Assembly: GCA_009103225.1 (NCBI GenBank)
Contig: RHPI01000260.1
Location: 444,203-508,202 of the forward strand
DNA from: Chlorokybus atmophyticus
Lineage: Eukaryota > Plantae > Mesostigma and Chlorokybus algae
DNA length: 64,000 nt
Direction: 5' to 3'
In this document: positions 1 through 15,439 of the stretch, piece by piece
How positions within the stretch are numbered: the first letter of the stretch is position 1
How the letters are laid out: every line of letters starts with the position of its first letter
Position numbers and translations under genes: made by a program
Notes under the pieces: model-generated
Told to the model about the DNA's origin: nothing
What the model saw: the letters and a program-made list of their open reading frames with translations, nothing else
Database searches by the model: none

Positions 1-2160
1 TCTTGGAAGGCTCTATACCACCGCCAACAGTGTTACCTGATGTCCAGTATCTGCGGCATTCATACACACGTGTGTGGTACGCCGTCCGACGGGGGGCTGT
101 TTCCTACAAGCACTGCACAGGACTCCAGCCTGCAGGTGAAACGGTATATGTGGGATTGTGCTTGGGCCGCAGCGACGCTGGCAATACCAGGCCAAGAGCC
201 GCTGGTTCAGACAGCAATGTTGTCATTGTTCGTCCCGTCGTCATTGGCGAAGCTGCTGCCGACTGCTCTTGGCGCTGCTGTGGCTGCCATAGCTGTTCCA
301 TCATCAGCGCTAGCGGTCCTGTTGGTCGACGAGGCATCTGATACGCAAATGGTTCAGCTGCCTGATGCTGCCATAGCCAAAGTCAATGCTGAGCTCCTAA
401 AGGTGAATTTCAATGAGGTTAGTGCGGCCTTGGTTCAGCACTACGCCGGCACGTGGCTGAGACCGCAAGCCAGTTCCACTTCGTTGATGGCAGAGTATGA
501 CAAGTCGTTGCTGCCTCTGCCTCTGAGCTGGTTGCTAGCGTCCCCACGCAGCGCACCAGAGGCTGGTGCGACCGGATTGGATGTTGCTGAAAACAAACCC
601 TCCCACTTGACCGCTTCGTCCATCATGCTGTACCAGCTTTGCTTGGAAGGGCTGGGGTCCCGCTCCAACCATGTCTTCCAGAACGTCCACCATCTTCACT
701 TCCTGTCGGAGCTGCTGCTGGCTTTCAATGACTTGTTCCTGGAAGCAAGTATGACACTCAATTAAGGAACGTTACTTGTACGTTGTCAGCCATGTGGCGA
801 CTACTTTCTGACATCTTACATCATTGTCACTCACTGTTATGAGTTTGTTTGACCAGACACGAGGTGGCTCCTCGCGGCACTGCACGATCTATACACGCTG
901 CCGCTGTCGCTCACCCACCAGGGAGAGCAGCGTGATCTGAGTGCATTGGTTGGGTTCGATAGGGTGACGGGGCCTGTGGCGGACACCTTTGCTCGGGAGT
1001 TGGCTTCGCATTTTGCGTCCGTGTCTTACGGAGACTGGCTGTTTGGGCGCCAGCTGGCACTGTACCTGGCTGTGGACGCGCCGGTGTCGTGCCGTGTGGC
1101 TGTGTGGCGTGCCCTTGAAGACAGCCAATCGCTGCATCTGCTTCCCACAGCAAGCGACTGCACCGGCACTGCCTGCGTGTATTTGTTTCCGTTTGAGGTG
1201 AGGTCATGTTGGGTTGTTGCATCTCTACATGTCCACAGAGTGACTGCGGTCAATCTGTTTTGATGTGGGTCATCTGCAGGGCGACAAGGAAGTGCTGCAG
1301 GCGTACGCATCTGCACTGCGCACCGGTGCCTTGAGCAAAGCGATGGATGCAAAGTCTATCAGCTGGGTTCTGGCTTGCCACCACGTGGCTGGCTTTGTGT
1401 TTTCTACAGGGACTACTGATGCCGAGTCGCTTCAACGGCAGCAGCTTCTCCGAAGTCTTCTGCTAGAGGCACCACAGGTACAACAATAGTTGCTGTATTT
1501 TCCAGCTTGAATTGCTGCAGCGTGAGTGTAATTATGTGTACAGACAACATGCACACATGCAGGATGTGTTGGCAGCCTTCTTCTCATACCGCGTCTTTTC
1601 CCGGCTGCCAAGCAATTGCGGCACAAACTGTCCACGATACATGGCAGTTGCGCATGATCAGGCGTACAGCCAAGTGGACGACATTACATATCGGTTCCAC
1701 TTGGCACGAGAGGCGTGCGCGCACGACGAGCAGCTGCTGAGCGCATTGCAGGAACTTGTACATATGGTCTGAATTGCTTGACTCGTGTGGAGCAGCTTTG
1801 CGTCCGTGCTTGTCTTGTGCCACTGTTGCTGCAGGTGGAGTTCGCAATCTCTGTCTCAGACTCACTGCGATTGCAACAATGTGCTGAACTGGTTTCAATT
1901 CGTGGCATTACAAGCGGCATGGCAGACAGGAGTTGACCGGTCAGCACGCTTGCATGCTCTTACATGATCAGCACGCGTCGGTGGCCACGTGGCGTGCTGA
2001 AATTGCAATGTCCACAATGCTGCTGTGCCATGTGCGCATGGCATGGTTGAAACAGTCAATGTTGGTTGTTCAGTCGGTTGACCTCGACTGCACTAGCTGG
2101 AGCTGGGGTTTGCAGGCCATACAACTGCTGCAACGAGCACACATCGCCGTGCTGCTATAG
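1..2160 (+). CDS. RPAP1: RNA polymerase II-associated protein 1 / MINIYO-like, 3' part (multi-exon, 5'-truncated by window)
   Basis: Exons read as ...FASVSYGDWLFGRQLALYL...VAVWRALEDSQSLHLLP and LQAYASALRTGAL...WVLACHHVAGFVF, resembling the plant IYO/RPAP1 C-terminal region as recalled. GT-AG introns at about 748, 1197, 1477 and 1770. Final stop near 2160 is tentative. Confidence 0.75.
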
Positions 2161-2752
2161 AGGTGTGCTGTTAACAGTCCAAAGCGAGACATGCGTGATC
2201 CTTATCAGGTGCTGCATCCAAGGTGTGTCTATGTGGTGTCTTAACAGCGCAGCGCAATATTGAGGCCAATGCATTCCGAAAGTATGCACAAACACCATGT
2301 GCTGTACCGCAGTCACTACGAAGGCGAATATGACCCATAGCAATACGCAAGCTGAGTTGCTTGTCTATTGTTGTTAACGTATGTGCTATAGGCTGAGAGT
2401 GTGCAAACGATTGATAACATCAGTCGCTGTATGATGTCTGCAACTGTGACATACGATAAGACTATTATGTCCCATCAACCTGTAGCAATAGTTCGCACAT
2501 ATAAGTCAACCATGACTTGGGTTGTGTATTTGGTCGAGACTTGTCACAGCTCAAACTGGTTGTAGCTCCCATTGCTAGGTTTGTGCTCCGTTTGTACAAT
2601 GCACTCGTGCAGACACCACCAGCGACAAGCCCGCATTATTGTTGCCGACAATTGTGAAAGTGCGCAAGAGGACATGACAGGTATGCTTTGCCGGGCCAAA
2701 CACTTTGTTGAGTTTCAACCTGCGCCCACCTGGCTTGTCTATGTGATGTTGC

Positions 2753-4563
2753 TCAACGCGATCTTCGTCTCCTGCACATGCATGTCAGTCGACAATCTAG
2801 CAAGATCGCATCATGTATGATCTCTTGTGCACACTGTGACAACTACAACAGACACCCACAACCTAGAAGTCGTGTGAAAGAGGTCCCCCTTACTTGTGGC
2901 TGTCGGCATAGTTGGCGAGGCTTGAAAGTGATGTCTGGTTGGTGTCGTGAAACGGTTGTGTCACGTTGGAAGAGTTGTCGAGCGTGTCCACCATGTCAGG
3001 CTTCCACTCCAGGGTGCTGAGGATGGCGTCGGCGCACTTAGGCGGCTTTCATGGGGCCTGAGCGCGCAATTGCGTAGAGGGCGGGAACACCACGCCCTCG
3101 ATGATGACGCGCTTGCTGGGGTCGCACTTGTCCACGAGTGCCTGCAGCACACGCGCGCTACGATTTTTGGCCTTGTCTTGGTTGTTGTTGCGAAGGTGGT
3201 CAATCAACTGCGGAATGGCCCCAGCCCTGCGCACGAGCACCTTGCACTCGGGGCTACTCGCGAGGCTGCTCAGCACCCGTAAGGCTGTCTCCACCGCATC
3301 CACTGAGTCCTCCCGCAGCAAAGCCAACAGCGGGGGCAGCACGTCCTTGCACCGCACACTCGCCCTCCCGTCCCTGTCCTTGATAAAAGAGCCCAGCGCG
3401 TCAGCCGCGTCGGGCTTCACCTCGGCCCGGGAAAGCCTTGAGCAGGGCCGCGAGCTGCTGGACGACGTGGCCATGCGCGCTTAGGACGCTCTTGCGCAGG
3501 CGGATGACGTTGCCAACATTGCCGAGGGCAAAGGCTGCATTGTGCTTGAAGTCCTGGTTGTCCGATGCGAGCATGGCTGCAAGCGGCTCCAATGCGAGCT
3601 CCCATGCGGGGTCCTCCTGCAGGTCCTTGTTGCTGGCGAGATTGCCGAGCGCGTACGCGGCTTCCTTCCTCACAGAGCTCGCCTCCAAGGCCGTGCGTAC
3701 AACCTCCACAACCACTTCCACGCAGCCGTGCTTTGCGACAGCTCCCGTGTTGACACGGTACTTCCCAACAGAACCAACAGCCATCAATGCACAAGCCTTC
3801 CGGCCCTCATCAGATGGACCTTCACACCGCACACGTAACGTGTTCACCAGATGAGCCCACAACCCCTCCTCGCTACAGATCTTGCATTCACCTCATTCGC
3901 GTCCGCAAGGCACGCCAGGCGCACAGCAACAGCGTTATGGTTGATCTCTCGCATGATCTTCATGAGGACGGCAAACAACCTGCCTGCACAACCCGCTCGC
4001 GCACAGCATCGATGGCCTCGTCTGCAATCCACCACAGGGCCTCCACAACATAAAGGCGCGCATCGGTAGGGTTTCCAAGTTTGTCATCGTCCTCAACTGT
4101 TGGTGATGCGAGTGCGGTGATGAGGGTTTCAATAGCGCCGGCACCCACGAGCAGGAGTCTGTTTGTGGTGTTGCCCTGCGTTATATCAGCTATGCATTGG
4201 GCCGCGTGTTGTCGCTCCTCTGGATTGCCACTTCCGCCAGCACCTTCAGCAGGCGCAATACTTCCGCCGTATGGACAACCACCGAGCTGTTGTTGTTGTT
4301 GCTGCTGGTGTACAACAAGTTGTTGTTCATCCTGCACGGGTAATGCAGTCATTGTGGTTTTGCTCGTATAACCCAATCATACGCACAACTGCGGACGCAC
4401 ACCTTCACTTCCTTGAAGCTGCTTGCTGCGTGGTCAAAACTGGTTGAAAGAGAGGACGGTTACCAACATTTGCACGTCGACTTCTCAGTGCGGTGGCTTT
4501 GGACATGATGTTGCTGGCCAGCCGTGTCCGCATGCCATTCACGCCTTTTGTGTGTCCTGAGAG
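2753..4563 (-). pseudogene. ARM-repeat protein, copy 1 (multiple frameshifts)
   Basis: Collinear with the intact copy at 20239-23600, but the frame breaks near 4230, 3965, 3870, 3440 and 3080 (ORF pieces 3960-4376, 3844-4035, 3401-3862, 3049-3474). Terminal exon KRRRSR* with TGA at 2753-2755. Confidence 0.85.
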
Positions 4564-6529
4564 CTACTTAAAATAGGCATACGGGTGAACAATATTCGAG
4601 AGACTCGACTGCTTACTGCACTCATCGCCATGACCACTTGCTCAACAGCAACAAACAGTGTGTTGACACTCTTGAGTCAACAGTGTGATGCGGGTTGCCA
4701 CTTGCACTGCACATACTATACACTGCGCAGTCACTGGAGATTGTGGCGGCTGACAGAGTCTGCGCAAGACAACTGCTTGCAAACAGTGGGGCAAGCATGC
4801 CTCAAAGGGCTGATATGGACACTGTCAACGAGCACAGGCTTGTATTAGTATCCAGCAAGCAAGCAACCATTGCTTGCCTTGTGCGACTTTGCACGGGTGC
4901 ATGTGCGTGCAAGCAGCGGGGGGCAACCTTGATGGCCACACAGGCACATGCACCCAACATCAAAAACCAGGGACAAAGTTCCATTGGCAAAATGACAGCG
5001 CGATAGTGCCAATGCACTAACCTTCCGAGCGCAATTGCATGCGAGAGGAAGGGAGGAGTTTTGCGTGATTGTAGGCCAATCAGCCCCAACCCTAACCCCA
5101 GAGAGCAAATCCTTGCAAAGTGCATTACGAGTGTTTCCTGTGGATGTTGGAGCAAAGAAATAGCAGCATCCGACTGCCCCCAACAGCTGTGAAATGCATT
5201 CAACAGTCGTTCAGTGCATTGCTGAAACGGCTCACCTCTTTACTTTTGCGTCCAACAGCATTCTGGTGCTAATCAGACTCGTCCTCGCCGCCGCAGCCAC
5301 CAATTGACTCGGCCTACCCTGACACCAACAGCCATCACCAAGGTCACAGTAGCAGCAAAGTCCTCGACAGCAAACTTGCCGTCCCTCTTTGCGTGCTGAA
5401 GGCCGTGGGGCTTTGACCTATTGGTGATCTATGCACAACGCTCTGCATCGGTGGGAATAAGAATGCAGCAAGGGAGTGGTGTGGGTTGAGATGCCAAGTT
5501 GGATGCGGAGGTCATCAACACGCACAAGCAGCCTCACGCAAGCTGTCGCTACATAGAGGACGATACAGAAACAACTATTGTTTGCATGCGCAGACACAAT
5601 TCTTTCCAACCTCGCATGTGGGTTGAGAAAATGATGCTTGGTGGAATGTGTAAGGCTGGTGTTGAAGCCTTTCTTTGTTGCCTCAGGTTGTTTTGAGACG
5701 GCAGCAGCCTAGCTGCCGTGCTGTGCTGTGTTGAGATTGTCAGGAGTTTTTTGTAAGTTTCAAGAGGTTTTGATAAATGCGCACCAACGCAAGTTACGAA
5801 AGCTTTTTGAGATGAAGAACACACTGAACACACGCGATGCATGGCTTTCAATGCATATTGGTAACAGCCACGCGCTGATCCTGTGCATAACACAGCCAGT
5901 TTTTCCACTCACATGTGCAGGCACACAGCGCTTCAAGCAGGCACTCCGACAAGGTAAACTCGCAGTAAGACTCTTTCGTCCTGTTGAGTGGACTAGTTGG
6001 CAGGTCTCTCGTTGCGTCCAGTACAGTACAGGGGTGTGCCATGCACGGCACTTGCGCGAGATTCGGCTTACACCAAGCGGGCGACATCTTGTATCTTGCC
6101 ACTGACGGCACTTGCTGCAATGCTGCTGTTTGTGCACCACAAGACTCATTGGTTCGCAAATCCAATATTGCGGTGATGCAACCTGTTTCGGTTCACTGCA
6201 ACAGCAGAAGCAATCTTTGCTGGTAACAAAGGGTGTACAGCCTGCCAGTGTCATGAGAGACAGAGTGGGGGCCCCACAGCACCTACCAATAAGACGAGTA
6301 GCCCAGAGTAATTTCAACAACTATAATGATATTGTAACATGCCTATAGCTCGGAAAGTGTCAGTTGATCTACCAGCCAAAAGCTACGCCTAGCACGTTGA
6401 TACTCTGGAATTCTGTACGATATGGTGTGCCATATTGCCCCTTTATCAACACCAGTTTAACTAACGTGATTCAAGTGCTGCGCCCTTGTTGACACAATCA
6501 CGCGGGGTGCGGTAGAGCAGCCTGCAGAA

Positions 6530-8839
<2,310 letters not shown>

Positions 8840-11453
8840 CTACCTGACGAAGGTATGCCCGTCAAAGATTGAGATAACTAATGCATTGAGAGACTCTTGT
8901 CATTCAATGGCATTGGCTGGATTGCATGGCCTGCTGGCAGATTGTGTCTCTTTGATTCTGCAAGTGATCACAACTTGATGTGAAATTGCTAATAGCAGTC
9001 GCTTGGGAATGTGGCACTTTCCAAAACCAAGTGCATACAATCCCATGTACGCGATACGCAAGCACGCGTGAGGATTCGGTTATAGGTTACCCATATCTAG
9101 GTTACCTGAATGCCAGTAAGCACAAGCACGGACCGTCCAGGTCCAAGCAATGCATGACTTCTCATGTGCGCGTGCATTTGCTTTGTGCTACAAGGAGGGT
9201 GGCCACCCGGTGGCTAAGCACGCACACACCCACAACACGCAGCGAAACAGCACACAAAACATGACAAAGCGGGGATCAACGACATTGCCAATGACACTAG
9301 TTGTAGCGCAATTTATCTAAAGGTACCAGTATCCTCTGAAGCGCTAACACAGAATTGAGGGTCAGGGTTTGTGTAGTTGTGAAGTAGCCGGAGCAGTAGC
9401 CGCAGACAATGCTGTCAGCTTTGACATCTTACAAACTTGCAGTGCCAAATCTGCCACATCTAGGGCTGAAGCGACTCACCTCTTTGTTCTGCGGATCAAA
9501 GTTACTCCGCTGCTGTGAGTCATCCTTGTTTCGCTGCCGCCGTCGTAGCGCCGCCACTGCCCTCCCCTTCCACGCGGCCAACCCTGCCGGTAGCACTCTT
9601 CAACAGCACCCGCAGCTGCAGTGGCTACTTGCTCGACTTGCCGCTCCGCTGTTTGCGTGCTAAAGCCTACTATTGAAGCTGGAATCGTGTAGTGGTTTGT
9701 TTGGTCTGTCAACTGTGTTGCATACCTGGGCATGATTTCAGCAATGGGAATGGTGTTTTGGTGTTCGGAAGAACACCAGCAAAGCCACAGCATTGAGACA
9801 ACAGCTACAGCGGCAGACATAACAAATGCTCATGCCATAGCGCTACTGTGTGTATCCCAAAAGACTAGTGAATGAAGCAGGTGGTAACTGCTGCTGCTGT
9901 TGAAAGCCTTTGTTGTTGTTTGCTGCCTTCTGGTATGACTGGGCCGGCTGTTGCTAAGGAGGTTGTTGTCCGTACAAGGGGTGGTGGCATGAATATAAAA
10001 TGAGAGTGCGCACTTCCAGCGACATATGAGGTGGTTGTGTGATACAGTTAAGGCGATTGAGAGGTAGAGGCAAACAACATACTTGCAGACACGCATGCAG
10101 ATGCAAAGACTAACGCGCTTCAACCGCGTGCTGCTCTCACTTAGTAGTAGGTAGGGCGTACGTGCTCATGCTATGTTGTTGTCATATCCCAACTTCAGGC
10201 ACATGGAAAGCTGGCACCCATGGCTCGTCACAAGCAGCTGATTGCATGAGTGTCAGCTGTGGCTTGCAGCAGCTTCGCGCGATGAGAACTCCAGCAACAT
10301 GAAAGCTCGTTAGCTATGTTTGTCACAGCAGCGGCTTCAGCAGCCAAGTCCTTGATAGCAACTTGCCGTCCAGTGTTGCTTGCTAAAGGCTGTTAGGTCT
10401 TCACGTGCTGGTGATGTCCCTGTGTGCAACGCTGTGCAGCATGGTGAAGTTCAACGCAGCAAGGGAGTGGTGTGAGGTTACGTTGTTGCGGAGGGAGCAA
10501 CCATGCAGGCAAGCAGCCTCACCACTGTGGTGGATGTACAGACACATTTGTTTCCAATACTTGATCTCGTTCCACAAGTACAGCAATTGCAGGGCATCTG
10601 GTGCTGAAGCTCTGCCTTAATGCCTCTGGCTTTGTAGGACAGCAGCCTAGCTTACGTGCGGTGCTGTGTTGACTTCAGGAGCTTTCTCAGTCAAAGGCCA
10701 TGATGTGACTGGTGCGCACACGCAAGGAATGAGCTGTTGAGAAAAAGACCGGCGTCTTTACCCCACACGCGTGTACGGGTAAAGACACTGGCTGTGCTGT
10801 GTAGTGTGTTCACCATGGTCTTTTTCCACCCATACAGCGCTTTAACCAGGCACTCTAACGTGGCATGCTTGCAGTAACAGGACTCCTTCACAATCTGTGC
10901 CTGACTGGTCGGCAGGTTGTGTTGTGCTGAGGTGTATGCGGTGTACGGCAGCTGCGCGGGATTAGGACAGCCCAGCGGACGACATGAAATATTGTGCTGC
11001 TGCGGGCATTTGCTGCTCCTGTAACGCTTCTAATAAATAACCCGACTCGTCAGGTCTCACCTCTGAAACTGCGATTGTGCACACTGTTTAAACCGCCCAA
11101 GTAACTGCAGCAGCAACATCATGTTGTCGTCGTTATCAGTACATGGTGTACTGCTAACAATGGGTGGATAGCCTAACAATGTCATGTGGCACACTCCCTA
11201 GATGCTGGGAACACAGAGCCCACTACCAAGGACAACAGGCCCAGAGTAGTGTGATAAACAATCAACGTTAAGTGATGTAGCCTATCTATAGCTCAGAATC
11301 TCAGTTGACCTAAGCCAAAAGGTACGCATAGTACAGTATGCTATTACACATTGCCTGCAGCTGTTCGCCAACATCCACTTCAGCTGACAAGAGATTGTTC
11401 GATGCTTCCATGTTGCGCGCTTATCCGTTAGCAGACAGTCATGCGCGGCGGGG

Positions 11454-12177
11454 GAGGCATCTGATACGCAAATGGTTCAGCTGCCTGATGCTGCCATAGC
11501 CAAAGTCAATGCTGAGCTCCTAAAGGTGAATTTCAATGAGGTTAGTGCGGCCTTGGTTCAGCACTACGCCGGCACGTGGCTGAGACCGCAAGCCAGTTCC
11601 ACTTCGTTGATGGCAGAGTATGACAAGTCGTTGCTGCCTCTGCCTCTGAGCTGGTTGCTAGCGTCCCCACGCAGCGCACCAGAGGCTGGTGCGACCGGAT
11701 TGGATGTTGCTGAAAACAAACCCTCCCACTTGACCGCTTCGTCCATCATGCTGTACCAGCTTTGCTTGGAAGGGCTGGGGTCCCGCTCCAACCATGTCTT
11801 CCAGAACGTCCACCATCTTCACTTCCTGTCGGAGCTGCTGCTGGCTTTCAATGACTTGTTCCTGGAAGCAAGTATGACACTCAATTAAGGAACGTTACTT
11901 GTACGTTGTCAGCCATGTGGCGACTACTTTCTGACATCTTACATCATTGTCACTCACTGTTATGAGTTTGTTTGACCAGACACGAGGTGGCTCCTCGCGG
12001 CACTGCACGATCTATACACGCTGCCGCTGTCGCTCACCCACCAGGGAGAGCAGCGTGATCTGAGTGCATTGGTTGGGTTCGATAGGGTGACGGGGCCTGT
12101 GGCGGACACCTTTGCTCGGGAGTTGGCTTCGCATTTTGCGTCCGTGTCTTACGGAGACTGGCTGTTTGGGCGCCAGC
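11454..12177 (+). repeat. Exact 724-bp duplicate of RPAP1 segment 331-1054 (exon-intron-exon), ending at an N
   Basis: Constant offset of 11123. Translations are identical (MVQLPDAA...SMTLN) and the intron is included. N at 12178. Confidence 0.95.
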
Positions 12178-12178
12178 N

Positions 12179-13795
12179 TGGGAGGGATTGTGGACGGGTT
12201 GTGCCGGAAGGGTTGCCGCTGTTGCAGGTGACTCCAGGCTCCTCTGTCACGTCGCGCTTCCACTCAAGGGTGCTGAGGATGGCGCCGGCGCACTTAGCGG
12301 CTTTCATGAAACCCAAGTGCGCGATCCTGTAGAGTACGGGAACACCACTGGCCTCAGCGATAACGAGCTTGTTGGGCTCACACTTGTCCGCGAGGTCCCG
12401 CAGCACGCGCGCGGCTCTATTCTTGGCCTTATCTCTGTTGACACAAAGAAGATCGATCAGCCGCGCAATAGCCCCCGCCCTGCATATGAGTACTTTGCTC
12501 TCGCGGCTACCGGCAAGGCTGCTCAACGCACGCAAGGCTGTCTTCACCGCATCTGTGGAGCCCTCCACAACGTCCCATAGGTCTAACAGAGGTAACAGAG
12601 GCAACACGTCCTCGCACCGCACACGCGCCCTCACGTCCCTGTCCTTGACGCGTAAGCTGCATCGGCCTTTACCTCAGCGCCGGATGCCTTCAGGAGGGCT
12701 GCGAGCTGCTGGACAACGTGGCCATGCGCGCGCAGAATGCTCTTGCGCAGGTGGGTGATGTTGCCGACATTGCCAAGGGCGAAGGCCGCGCTGCGCTTTA
12801 AATCTGGGTTATCTGATCGCGAGCATGTCGGCTCCAATGCGTCGTCCCATGTGGGGTCCTTTCTGCAGGTCCTTGTTGCTGGCGAGGTTGCCGACGGCGA
12901 ACGCGGCGTGCACCCACTCATCGCTCATTTCCCCGGTAGGACCTAGCAGGACCTCCACAATGGCCTCCACCCAGCCATACTTTGCGATGACTCCCGCATT
13001 GGTGCGGTATTTGCCGACAGCACCAACAGCCATCGACGCGTACGCCCTTAGGCCCTCGTTGAACGCGCCCTTATGCACAAGCTTCAACATGACCATAATA
13101 TGTGTCAACAATCCCTCCTCGCAGCAAATCCTCCTCGCATCCGCCTCACTCGAGTCTGCGAGGCTCGCCAACAGCAGTGCGGCAGTGGGATGATAGGCAA
13201 GCTTCGGCATAATCTTTATGAGGATGGGGAGAGTCCCCGGCTGCACAACCCTCTCACGCACGGCATCAATGGGCTCCTGTGCAATCCTGCAAAGAGGCTC
13301 AACCACACATTGCTTGGCAGTCAAGGAGAGCGCGTCCGCAGGCTTGCCACTCTTGTCATCGGCAACACACGATGACGCTGTTGCAAGTGCGGCGGTAAGG
13401 GTCTCCATGGCGCCGGCACCCACGAGCACGAGCCTGTTTGTAGTGTCGCTCTGCGCTATCTCCAGTATGCGTTGGACCGCATGTTCTCGTTTCTCCTTAG
13501 CGTTCGCCTCCTGCCAGCACCGTCAGCAGGCGCAACACCTCCATCGTGTCCACAACTTCTGAAGGATTGCTGCTGGTTGTGTTCAACAAGTTCATTCTGT
13601 GCATAAGCATACTGTCAACATCAGCTCCAAACCTCACTACATCCAAGGCGCTTTCTTACACAGTATGCTCGACAGAACCTTTCTTCAACTTGATTGTTGG
13701 AGTGATGACCAACTTTTGCGTGCTTGCTGCTTCCCGCACGTTTGGACATGACGTATGGCCTGGCAAGTGCACACCTTGGTTCTGTCTCCTGAGAG
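12179..13795 (-). pseudogene. ARM-repeat protein, copy 3 (frameshifts; 3' end cut by N)
   Basis: Exon MSKRAGSSKHAK...EER (ATG 13749). Frameshift with TAA near 13500 and further shifts near 12830 and 12650. ORF pieces 12809-13429, 12631-12921, 12149-12634. Confidence 0.85.
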
Positions 13796-15439
13796 CTACC
13801 TGTTGAGAATATACGTGTCAAGCAACAGACTGGGTTGACAAACGCATCCAGACTTTTTGTCATGCAGTACATTGGCTTGTTTGCACATTTTGATGGTAAA
13901 TTTTATTGCAAGGAGAGAAACTATCGCAGTTGGCAGTCGCTTGCCAGTGTGGCATCAACTTCAGATCTAAGTGCCACTCATAGCACGCAGGCATGCGTGA
14001 GGGATGAGTTATGTATGGCAGTAAGCAGGCACGGCCCATCCAGGTCCCAGCAAGGCATGGCTGCTCGTGTGCGCGTGCGCGTGCACATGTGTGCACCTGC
14101 TTGTAGATGGGAGGGTATGGACGGAGCGAAGGGTGGCCGCACAAGCAACATGAACAGCACACAAATCACCACAAGGCGGGATGAGCTTGCATTGCCATTG
14201 GCACTAGCGAGCTAACCTAGTTGAGGGTACCAGTTGCCTTGAAGACGCGGACAGAGGACTAAGGGTTAAGGTTTGCGTAGTTGTGGAGTAACCGCAGACG
14301 TTGTCAACAGCGTTGCAGCCTTGAGAAGTGTAATGTTCAACTTGCAACAATTAGGGCCACAACGGCTCACGTGTTTGATGTGCGGGTCAGGGTCCTCCAG
14401 CTGCTGTGCCTCGTCTTTTCCTACGCCGACGCCGCTGCCGGAGCCGCCACTGCCGGCCCCCTCCACACGGAGCAACCCTGCCACTAACCAGTACCAGTGG
14501 ATGCTTGCTTGACAGCGACGCCCTCTGTTGGCATGCTACCGCCTGCTGAATCTTTACCTGTTTGGTCATGCATTTGGTGCTGAAGCATACGGGTGTTGCT
14601 GTTGCATGCCTGGGGCACTATCTATGGTGATGGGAACGGTGTTTGGAAAGAAGAACAACCAGCGAAAGCGACCAGCAATGGAGACAACAACTACATCAAC
14701 CACATGGTGTATACAGCAGTTTGCTGCCTGCTTGCTGGGCCTGGCTGATGTGAGCATGCTGCTTGTCTGCGCATGGGTGACAGTTGATGAGACACGTAAC
14801 TACATGTGGTCCGCTGCGTTCTGCATACAAAAAAGGGCTAGTGACTGAGCCAGATGTCCTAGCATGAGCTGTTGTTGAAAGCTTTTCGAGACGACTTTTG
14901 TTTGCATGGGCTGGCTGTTAGTTTTGCTGAAGACATTCTTGTGCATTCAAGGGTGATGACAATGGTCACTGTGAATTGCAAGTTTATACGCAGGTCGAGC
15001 GTCGGAGTTTTTTGTGTAGCAAGAGTGGGGATGTAGCAACAGCCAGCCTGTTCTCCCGCACACGCACAGACATCAAGCAGCTCGTGTATCTTATTTGTGT
15101 TGTGTGTCTGTGTGCTGTAACTGAGTTGCGACAAACCTCATCACACCTCGTGTTCTCACCTGGACTACTTCTATGTGCTGCACAGCCATGTTTGAATGCC
15201 ATACTTGCACTGAGCACTATCTCAGATTCATAGCTCAAACAGTTGATAGACACCCACGAGAATCGATAGCGTAAGGGTGTTGTCCACAAAAACCCAACTA
15301 GAAATATAGATTAAAAGACACCGTTCCCTGACAGGTGCACTCAGGACATTGTGATCATGCACCTACAAGTGCGTGGTCACCACACGGTGTCTATGCGCAT
15401 TCTGTTATGGTCACAGTGCAACGCATGCATGCAGTTTGT

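Noticed and set aside
5085-5100. CCCTAACCC-like telomeric motif (also about 14260 and 19630)
   Set aside because: Single degenerate units, no tandem array.
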